NCBI GenBank assembly: GCA_039588295.1
Contig: JBDHAB010000002.1
Span: 128,001-192,000 of the forward strand
Length of the DNA stretch: 64,000 nucleotides
From: Gemmatimonadota bacterium
GTDB taxonomy: Bacteria; Gemmatimonadota; Gemmatimonadetes; Gemmatimonadales; GWC2-71-9
Reading direction: 5' to 3'
Shown piece after piece: positions 48,761-56,396 of the stretch (positions are counted from its first letter, which is position 1; every line of letters begins with the position of its first letter). The notes beneath the pieces are model-generated. The model saw nothing but the letters and a program-made list of their open reading frames with translations, ran no database searches and had not been told where the DNA came from. Both the position numbers and the translations under genes were made by a program.

Positions 48761-49828
48761 GTGAACCAGAACCACAGCGACGAGCCCCGTCAGGCCGACA
48801 TGTATCCGGCTAGGCCACCGATGCGCTTGGGACTCGCCATTACAGAGCACTGCAATCTCCGCTGTCCACATTGCATCCGTGACGACGTGACGACGGTTCG
48901 CTCTCTCGAGACCGAGCTGATAGCCTCAATCGTGGATCAGGCGAAGGCGCTGTACGGCTCCGTGGTCGTCAGTCTCACCGGGGGAGAACCTCTACTTCAT
49001 CCCGAGTTCGCAAGGATCGCTGATATCTTCGTGGAGCGCGCCGTTCCGTACCGATTCGTCAGCAACGGATGGCACGTGAACCGGATCGCGCGGATCGTGC
49101 GTCGCTGCGCGCCTCAAGCGGTGCGGCTGAGCCTCTCCGGTGCCACGCCAGAGACCCATGATGCCGAACGTGGCGACGGGAGCTTCCATCGGGTACTCCG
49201 GAGTCTCGCCGTGCTCACGAGCGAGCAGATTCCTTGCGACCTGTCGATGGTGATCGATCGGCGCAATCGACACGAACTCGAGGTGGCGGCCGACCTAGCG
49301 GAGTCATTGGGATGTCTCAGTATCAGCTTCATTCTGCCCCAACCGACGCCGGGGAGCGCCGAGCGGGACAGCGATCTGCCTCCAGATGCTTGGTTGCCGA
49401 CCAAACGTGCGCTGGAGAACCTGGCACAAGAACCCGGACGGCAGTCACGAGTGAGGATCGACTACGGTTATCCATTCGACGGCCCCGAGACTCCGTGCGA
49501 GACGTTCGCTCTCCAAAGGATCTACGTGGACACGCGTGGGCGGGTTTGCACGTGCTGTCAGCTGTCGAACTACGGCTTTACGGAGACGGAAACGGTCGCG
49601 GACTTACACACCACATCTCTTGCCGAGGCGCATGACCTCTACGTTACGCGGCTCGAGGCATTGCGCCAAGCACAGCAGCCAGACTCCGCAGCACCACACC
49701 TGAGCGATCCGTTTCCGTGTATCCGGTGCGCTCGAGCGAGCGGAAAGCTCGGATGGCTGGCGGACTTCCCCCAGTCCGCATGGCACGGAGCGGCACGCCA
49801 GCCAACCAAGGTCACGCCAGCCGCATGA
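48761..49828 (+). CDS. Radical SAM protein with a SPASM/twitch-like C-terminal domain
   Basis: CNLRCPHC, TGGEP, C..GRVCTCC..CIRC; start may be 48800 or 48821. Confidence 0.88.
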   Translation: MNQNHSDEPRQADMYPARPPMRLGLAITEHCNLRCPHCIRDDVTTVRSLETELIASIVDQAKALYGSVVVSLTGGEPLLHPEFARIADIFVERAVPYRFVSNGWHVNRIARIVRRCAPQAVRLSLSGATPETHDAERGDGSFHRVLRSLAVLTSEQIPCDLSMVIDRRNRHELEVAADLAESLGCLSISFILPQPTPGSAERDSDLPPDAWLPTKRALENLAQEPGRQSRVRIDYGYPFDGPETPCETFALQRIYVDTRGRVCTCCQLSNYGFTETETVADLHTTSLAEAHDLYVTRLEALRQAQQPDSAAPHLSDPFPCIRCARASGKLGWLADFPQSAWHGAARQPTKVTPAA

Positions 49829-50211
49829 AGCGTTTGCCGCAAATCGCCGTCGGATGTCTTGCGGCCGTTCGGACCCCGTTCTGGATTCACGGGCCACGTC
49901 TGGAGACGCTCTTGACCGGGCCGGCAGATTCCCACCAACGGTCCGGGAGTCCCGGAGTCGCGATCAGGGTGTCTCGACTAGCCCTGCGGATGCTGGGCCG
50001 GCTCCCGCTGTTGCCCTGGCGGAACACGTGCCTCTATCGAAGCGTCGCCGAGTGCTTGGTGCTTCGGAGCTACGGAATCGGGTGCCGGTTACAGGTGGGG
50101 GTCAAGCGTGCCTCGTCGGCCCCGGACTCGATCGACGCGCATGCGTGGGTCCTGCGAGATGGTGAGGATCTCGGCAGCGCCTCACACACGCTCCTTCGAC
50201 CCAGCCCGTGA
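49825..50211 (+). CDS. Lasso peptide B2-type transglutaminase-like peptidase
   Basis: TCLYRS..GV..AHAWV motif; ATG overlaps the radical SAM stop (ATGA). Confidence 0.85.
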   Translation: MKRLPQIAVGCLAAVRTPFWIHGPRLETLLTGPADSHQRSGSPGVAIRVSRLALRMLGRLPLLPWRNTCLYRSVAECLVLRSYGIGCRLQVGVKRASSAPDSIDAHAWVLRDGEDLGSASHTLLRPSP

Positions 50212-50251
50212 CGACCTCCGCTAGCACCGCTCACTGAGGAGTGGGTTCGCC

Positions 50252-50767
50252 TCAGTACTCTATGCTGGGGCACTCAACGCGGCGAGCGAGCACCGGAGCT
50301 GTTCCCGTAGAGGGCTTTCCTTCCACCCGCTCGTCGGTGAAGGACGTGATTTCGCCCCTCAGATCCTGGCCCTCGATATGAAGCGTCATACTCACACCGG
50401 CCAGTGCTCCGGGGTGACCGATGAACAGCGAATCTCCGGCCACGAACCGCCAGTAGTTGAACGGGTGATCCCAGGCCCGACCCTCAGTGATACTGTGCGC
50501 CACGAACACGGTGCCGTACTGTTGCACTAAGCTCGGCCAAACCGTCAGCTTCGCGGTGTCGAGCTTGACGGTGGGTGCACTACCCCAGGCGGCGCGTTGC
50601 CGCTCTGCCTCCGGTCCCGGTTCGCCGGACCAGAACTCCAACTCATAGCAGCCCGCGACCTGTTCCGGAAGCGGCAGGCGATCTCGTTGGGTGTTCGACG
50701 CAGAACAGCCTCCGACGGCCGTCCACAGTGCCGACAGCATGAGCGAGGCAGACCTTGCTGCGTGCAT
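50252..50767 (-). CDS. Hypothetical lipoprotein
   Basis: AVGGC lipobox; AGCYEL motif. Confidence 0.6.
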   Translation of the reverse strand: MHAARSASLMLSALWTAVGGCSASNTQRDRLPLPEQVAGCYELEFWSGEPGPEAERQRAAWGSAPTVKLDTAKLTVWPSLVQQYGTVFVAHSITEGRAWDHPFNYWRFVAGDSLFIGHPGALAGVSMTLHIEGQDLRGEITSFTDERVEGKPSTGTAPVLARRVECPSIEY

Positions 50768-50780
50768 CCCGAGCCTCTGG

Positions 50781-51908
50781 CTATTCGAGCACGCCCGCGG
50801 CCCGGCGCGGCGCGCCCGTGCCGGTGGGTATCTCGACCGTCGCACTTGGATCCGCGGGGTCGAGCCAGCGAAGGGTGGGCGTGTTCCCGATCCATGCCGT
50901 GTACACGATTCGACCGTCCGGCAGCCACGCAGGCTCGCCGTCGGCGCCCGGACGATCGGTGAGCTGTGTCAGAGCCATGGTGTTCAAGTCCAGGAGGAAC
51001 AGCTCGGTGTCTCCGGTGCTGTCCGATGCAAACACGACCGATTCGCCGTCCATACTCCATGCCGGCTCCACCGCTGCCGTGTTGCTGAGGACGAGGACTG
51101 TGGGCGTCCCTCCGGGGATCTGTAGGGTGAAGACGTCGGCCGTGCCGTTCGTGGTGGAGACGAACACCAGCCGGTCTCCCGAGGGACCCCAGCTCGGCGA
51201 TGCCTCCACCGACCCGCCAGTTCCGAACCCTACCGTGACAGCCTGAGCGTTGCTCCCGTCTGCCTGCACGGTCCAGAGCTTGAACACTCCGGTTGGGTTC
51301 GCGGTGTAGGCGATCTGACCACCACCCGGCGTGAGGGCTGGCTGTATCTCACTGTCGGCGGTGTCCGTCAGCCGGACAGCCGGGCCACTACCATCCAACG
51401 GCACCGAGTAGAGCTCGGCGTTGCCGTCCCGGAAGCTGGTGAAGACGATGGTCCCTCCCGCGGCCGTCGGGTCCTCATCATCAGCCGCTGCGTCGGTGAG
51501 AGATTCGAGACCGTCTCCATCAAGGAACATGCTGTAGATATCACGGTTGCCGTTCAGCAAGAGATCGAATACCACTCGCGGCGGGAGAGCGATTTCCAAC
51601 ACACGTGTACCCATCACGATGCTACGAGCCTCGATCTGCGCTTCGGCTTGGAGCGTGACGGTTCCCGCACTCAAGAACGTGACTCGGCCTTCGGAGAGAA
51701 ACTGCAGCAGGTTGGGTGGTTCTGCGGTCCACTCGATTAGGGAATCGGCGACCGGCTCGCCCTCGAACACGACGCGCACCTGCGCCGTCGAGCTCCGCTC
51801 GATGCGACCGTCGATCTCGATCTCCAGCACAGGAACAGGGCCCGTCGCGTCACAGCTCGTCAGTGCGGCTGTCAACGCGACAGGCCCGAGAACGCGCCAT
51901 GGCGACAC
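50781..51908 (-). CDS. Lipoprotein with Ig-like and TolB-like propeller domains
   Basis: LTSC lipobox; SFRDGNAELY and PAWS repeats. Confidence 0.8.
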   Translation of the reverse strand: MSPWRVLGPVALTAALTSCDATGPVPVLEIEIDGRIERSSTAQVRVVFEGEPVADSLIEWTAEPPNLLQFLSEGRVTFLSAGTVTLQAEAQIEARSIVMGTRVLEIALPPRVVFDLLLNGNRDIYSMFLDGDGLESLTDAAADDEDPTAAGGTIVFTSFRDGNAELYSVPLDGSGPAVRLTDTADSEIQPALTPGGGQIAYTANPTGVFKLWTVQADGSNAQAVTVGFGTGGSVEASPSWGPSGDRLVFVSTTNGTADVFTLQIPGGTPTVLVLSNTAAVEPAWSMDGESVVFASDSTGDTELFLLDLNTMALTQLTDRPGADGEPAWLPDGRIVYTAWIGNTPTLRWLDPADPSATVEIPTGTGAPRRAAGVLE

Positions 51909-51922
51909 GAGTGGCCCTCGGC

Positions 51923-53707
51923 TTACCGCCGCCGGTCGGGACGAAGCAACGTGATTCGGCCCTCCTCATCCACCCCGTAGAGCGGCCCCTGCCACATATC
52001 ATCGAGGAGCTGCAGCTGGGTGGCATCTGCCACAGGCGCTCCGAGGGCGGGCGGTGCGCAGAACGGGCAGGTCCATGTATCCCAGCCTGAGGCGGCAACC
52101 GTGTAGCCCATGTCAGCTAGCGCTTTCACGGTCACCTCGCTGAGTGGTATGGGAGTCATGGGAGCTTCAATGAAGCCCGTCATGAGCTCGTCATTCAGCA
52201 CCGACTCACGCCAGTGCCCGCACCTTGTCCCAGGACCAAAATCATTCTCGACCGGCACCTTGTTTCCAACGTAGGTGCCACCACCGTTGCTGTTGAAGGC
52301 AGCAATCGCGAGCGGCCCGTTGAAGTAGGGGTCAGTCGTGAGCGGGGGCGGCGGGTCATCCGCAACCGGGAAGCAATCAGTCAGTAGGCCATTGTCGTCG
52401 GACAGCAGTCCCATGCTGATCCACCTAGACGTGCCCATGCCCAGCACGTGCCCCATCTCGTGCAGGACCACGTCTCCAAACTGATTGTTCGCCTCCATGT
52501 TGGCCACGTCTGCGGTGTCGAACGTCATGACTCCATAGATCGGGAGCCCGCCCGTTGTCCGGACAAAACAGGGACCCGCACTCCCGAGGATATTCCCGGG
52601 ACCGTCGATACTGTCGAGCACAGCATTGATCGCCAAGTCATCGACGATCTCATCGATCGGCATCCCACACTCGTTGCCGCCCCACGTGAGCAAGACGGGA
52701 GATAGATCCCCAGTGATGAGGCTCTCCCAACGAGCCGCGGCACTATTGAAGGCGGCCTCTTGGCTCGCCGTCATGGGAGTCAGGAAGTGAAGCTCGATCT
52801 GAAAGCCCGCAACGAAGGGGTTCACGGTGATGCGCGAGGTCCCGTCGGCCTCTGGGCCGCCGGTCGACCCGATAATGTCGACCACCCCGTCCGACACAGC
52901 CGTGACCACGCCCGTGCTGGGATCAACGCTGGCGATTGACGGATCTGAACTCGTCCACGTGACTGTGCCGCCAATGTCCCGATCGACGACATCACGGACC
53001 GTCGCGCTCAACGGAATAGTCGCCCCACCGACAGTCGTGAACCCCGAACCCGGGGTCACATCGACATATCCGTTCTCACCCCACACATCAGCATCGACGA
53101 AGACGGTGAATCCGAACGTGGTTACGGAACTGGGCACGTCCCATATCCACGTCTTCGGTGAAGTGGTGCCGTTCGCCGGAACGTATTCGAGATACTCAAA
53201 ATACGGCTGGTTTGATCCGGTGAAAGTCCCGGTCCCATCCGCGTTATTCACCGTAACCGTACCCGTTCCGCTCGTCACGTTGGGTCCGGTGTGGTGGAAC
53301 ACTCTGACTCCGGTCGTCGTGATCCCCCCGTCCGGACTGCCCAGCCCCTGAGTGATGAGGTTTGTGACTGTGACGTCGGCTTGGAAGAACTGCGACCCGT
53401 CGTAGCTCACACTGCTCGACGTGAGCGTAACATACTGATTCTGGCCACCGAGAATCACCCGTTGCGGACCCGGTTCGGTCTCACCAGCGACCACTGAACT
53501 CGGCCCGCACGAGATCTCACCCGCTGCCACGTGCGCGGTACAGGTTAACGACGCGACGACATTCCGGTTGCGGGCAGGTTCAGTGACTTCTTCCTTCGTC
53601 ACTTCCTCCGGAGAGGTCACGGGTATGTCGTCCATGCACGCCACGACCAAGAACGGCAGCGCGAGGAAGACGATGAGGCGATTCACGGTCGCTAGGTTGC
53701 CGCGCAT
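51923..53707 (-). CDS. Leishmanolysin-like (M8) metalloprotease lipoprotein with an Ig-like domain
   Basis: VVAC lipobox, WTSSDPSIASVD (Big_2), HEMGHVLG..HW..ELMT Met-turn. Confidence 0.85.
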   Translation of the reverse strand: MRGNLATVNRLIVFLALPFLVVACMDDIPVTSPEEVTKEEVTEPARNRNVVASLTCTAHVAAGEISCGPSSVVAGETEPGPQRVILGGQNQYVTLTSSSVSYDGSQFFQADVTVTNLITQGLGSPDGGITTTGVRVFHHTGPNVTSGTGTVTVNNADGTGTFTGSNQPYFEYLEYVPANGTTSPKTWIWDVPSSVTTFGFTVFVDADVWGENGYVDVTPGSGFTTVGGATIPLSATVRDVVDRDIGGTVTWTSSDPSIASVDPSTGVVTAVSDGVVDIIGSTGGPEADGTSRITVNPFVAGFQIELHFLTPMTASQEAAFNSAAARWESLITGDLSPVLLTWGGNECGMPIDEIVDDLAINAVLDSIDGPGNILGSAGPCFVRTTGGLPIYGVMTFDTADVANMEANNQFGDVVLHEMGHVLGMGTSRWISMGLLSDDNGLLTDCFPVADDPPPPLTTDPYFNGPLAIAAFNSNGGGTYVGNKVPVENDFGPGTRCGHWRESVLNDELMTGFIEAPMTPIPLSEVTVKALADMGYTVAASGWDTWTCPFCAPPALGAPVADATQLQLLDDMWQGPLYGVDEEGRITLLRPDRRR

Positions 53708-54183
53708 CTTTCGTCCCTCCAGATCAGGCGATCCAGGAGTGTCTTGGAGTCGCAACACCGACCCCTCGACGTCACTACGGACGCATCGGGAATCGCAGGT
53801 CGGCGCGTTTGCAGAACTCGATTCCAGTTGCCAAAAAACAGCCCGGTGGGCCGGATTCGACCGACCTAGAAGACGCTGCTGCCGCCGCCCGGGTTACCGG
53901 TACCGGGGATCGGACTCCCAGTCTGCAGTGTGAGATCGGTGAGCCTCGGCAACTCTCGAAGCTCCGGCACGACCCATGGCTTTCGACGTCGCCCGCTACC
54001 CTGTGTTGCGACCTGTGCCACATCGTCGTCATGCTGCATGACGAGCCTCCAGCAGGATACTGAGGCTTACATATGCACCACCGGTCTCTGCGCGTCAAGC
54101 GCGTGTCGGGGGCACGCCGCATCTCCTCGATCGCCGCTGCATGCACATGAAGGCCGCCGCCTCAGGCTCCCACCCACCACGAC

Positions 54184-54234
54184 TTGACACGCGACCCCAC
54201 TCCACCAATATTCCCCATATGAAAAGAATTTTTC
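54184..54234 (+). promoter_or_regulatory. Sigma70-type promoter with a palindromic BlaI-type operator
   Basis: TTGACA (54184-54189), 17 nt, AATATT; GAAAAGAATTTTTC at 54221-54234. Confidence 0.65.
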
Positions 54235-54246
54235 GGATACACGCCC

Positions 54247-54627
54247 ATGACTGATCCGGCCAGCCTGAGCCGTCGCGAGCGGGAGATCATGAACATCGTC
54301 TACCAGCTGGGCGAGGCCGGGGCCGCCGAAGTCGCCCGGCGGATGGCGGACGATCCGGGCTACGACTCGGTGCGGGTAACGCTCGGCATTTTGGAGAGAA
54401 AGGGCCACGTGAAACATCGGAAGGACGGCCGACGAAATGTCTATTATCCGACCGTCCCTCGCGAACGGGCGACGAAGAATGCCGTCAAAAACCTTCAGAA
54501 AACGTTCTTCCGCGGGTCTCCGTCCAAGGCGATCCTGACCATGCTGGACATGTCCTCCGCCCGACTCACTCAAGCCGAGCTGGACGAGATCGCCCAGTGG
54601 ATCGAGAAGGAAAGGAAGTTCAAATGA
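54247..54627 (+). CDS. BlaI/MecI/CopY-family repressor
   Basis: LSRREREIM, ILERKGHV, FFRGS. Confidence 0.93.
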   Translation: MTDPASLSRREREIMNIVYQLGEAGAAEVARRMADDPGYDSVRVTLGILERKGHVKHRKDGRRNVYYPTVPRERATKNAVKNLQKTFFRGSPSKAILTMLDMSSARLTQAELDEIAQWIEKERKFK

Positions 54628-56333
54628 TATCGTACCTGGCCGCGTCGATCGCCGCCGACCTCCTGCTCAAGGCATCCGTCGTCCTGCTGGTCGCGTGGAT
54701 CGCCACTCGTTCCCTCTGGTGGACCTCGGCCGCTATCCGGCACGCGATCTGGTGCCTGGCCTTCCTCGCCCTCATGGTTTTGCCGGCGCTCGAGCGGGTA
54801 CTGCCGTCCTGGGGACTTGACTCGCTGGTGAGCCAACAGACCGTTGCTCCCAGTGAGACCGCGTCGCCCACCGTACCCGTCGTGGCCGAGGTGGCGGTAT
54901 CCGCGCAGGTGCCCCCTGCGCCCGCGCCGCCACCGGCTGCGCGGCCTCCAATCGAGGCACTGCTGTTCGGTGGGCTTCTCCTTTGGATGGGAGGCGCCGC
55001 CCTGATCCTCGGGCGGCTCGCGTTGCATGCCCGTCGTGCCTCGCAGCTCACGGCTCGCGGTTCACCGGCGAGTTCCGAGCTCATGCGCAGTCTCTCGGCA
55101 GCTTCCCTCGCGTTGGGCGCCCGTCGACGGATACGCGCCGTCGTGAGTAACGAGATCCCGATCCCCGCGTCGTGGGGCATCGTGCGTCCCGTCATCCTGC
55201 TGCCCGCCGGCGCCGAGTCGTGGCCCCGGGAGCGACTCCACGCGGTGCTCACCCACGAGATCGCGCACATCGCGCGGCACGACTACGTCCTCCATCTTCT
55301 GGGCGAGTTGGCCCGCGCGTTGTACTGGGTGAACCCGCTCATATGGATCGCCGCACGACGGAGTGCGATGGAGCGTGAGCGCGCCTGCGACGACGTTGCC
55401 GTCCGATCGGGCGTCGAGCGGGATGCCTACGCATCGCGTCTCCTCGAGATCGCGCGTCTGCAACTCTCGCCACCGGCCGCTACCGGCGCGCTCGCCATGG
55501 CCGAACGCTCTGGCCTGGCCGAACGCGTACGCGGGATTCTCAATCGGACGACGAACCGCTCACCCGTGGGCGCCGCTCGGCTCGCGGTCATCGCAGTGGC
55601 CGCGGCACTCGTCGCCGTCCCGGTCGCCGCGTTCCAGATCACCCAAGACCGTCCACCTTCAATCGCACAGTTGCTCGAGGATCTGAAGAGCGACGACGTC
55701 ACCGTTGCCCGTCGTGCGGCCTGGTGGCTCGGCGAGCGCGAGGACTGGAGCACCGTGGATGCGGTGATTGACGCCATTCGTCGAGGCCATCCGGACGTTC
55801 AGCTTGCTGCCGCCTGGGCCCTAGGCGAGATCAAGGATCCGCGCGCCATCAACAGCTTGGCCGAGTTGCTCGACAGCGGCGATCCGCTGCTTCGAGAGAT
55901 GGCAACGCTGTCGCTCGGCGAAATCGAGAGTCCCGAGGCCGTGCCGACCCTGATAGCCGCGTACGAAGCCGACGCCACGCTCGGTACCGCCGTGATCTGG
56001 GCGCTGGGCGAGATCGATTCCGATGAGGCGGAGGCAGCGCAGTACCAGACCGCGAAGGAGCTGGGGCGACCGCTCGGCACGCACGAGCAAGTGTGGATCG
56101 GCCCGCTGGACGTGAAATGGGACGCCGAAGTGTCGCAAAGCGCATCGCAACTGATCCGCGCACTGCAATCGTCATCCACGGCAGCGACCCGTCGTCTCGC
56201 CGCACGCGATCTCGGGCTGCTCGGCGAGTTCAGCGCCGTCGACCCCTTGCTCGACGCCATGCGCGACCCCGATCCCATGGTGCGCTCGATGGCGGTGTGG
56301 GCGTTGGACGAGATCAACCCGTCGAGGAAGTAA
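54624..56333 (+). CDS. BlaR1-like M56 peptidase with C-terminal HEAT repeats
   Basis: HEIAHIAR.D, WVNPL, ERACDD; repeated AWALGEI. Confidence 0.92.
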   Translation: MISYLAASIAADLLLKASVVLLVAWIATRSLWWTSAAIRHAIWCLAFLALMVLPALERVLPSWGLDSLVSQQTVAPSETASPTVPVVAEVAVSAQVPPAPAPPPAARPPIEALLFGGLLLWMGGAALILGRLALHARRASQLTARGSPASSELMRSLSAASLALGARRRIRAVVSNEIPIPASWGIVRPVILLPAGAESWPRERLHAVLTHEIAHIARHDYVLHLLGELARALYWVNPLIWIAARRSAMERERACDDVAVRSGVERDAYASRLLEIARLQLSPPAATGALAMAERSGLAERVRGILNRTTNRSPVGAARLAVIAVAAALVAVPVAAFQITQDRPPSIAQLLEDLKSDDVTVARRAAWWLGEREDWSTVDAVIDAIRRGHPDVQLAAAWALGEIKDPRAINSLAELLDSGDPLLREMATLSLGEIESPEAVPTLIAAYEADATLGTAVIWALGEIDSDEAEAAQYQTAKELGRPLGTHEQVWIGPLDVKWDAEVSQSASQLIRALQSSSTAATRRLAARDLGLLGEFSAVDPLLDAMRDPDPMVRSMAVWALDEINPSRK

Positions 56334-56362
56334 CCCGGCAGGCAATGATGACTAAGGGCGCG

Positions 56363-56392
56363 TGCTATGCTCGTAACTGAAAGAATTTTTTC
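56363..56392 (+). promoter_or_regulatory. Extended -10 promoter with a second operator copy
   Basis: TGCTATGCT then GAAAGAATTTTTTC (56379-56392), just before ATG 56397. Confidence 0.6.
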
Positions 56393-56396
56393 GATA

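Noticed and set aside
48761..50211. Complete lasso peptide cluster
   Set aside because: No cyclase, RRE or precursor; the short upstream ORF near 48700 lacks leader motifs
53775..54187. ORFs in the spacer between the M8 protease and the BlaI-family gene
   Set aside because: No motifs or RBS; more likely a divergent promoter region
54247..56333. Beta-lactam resistance locus
   Set aside because: No penicillin-binding sensor domain and no beta-lactamase gene
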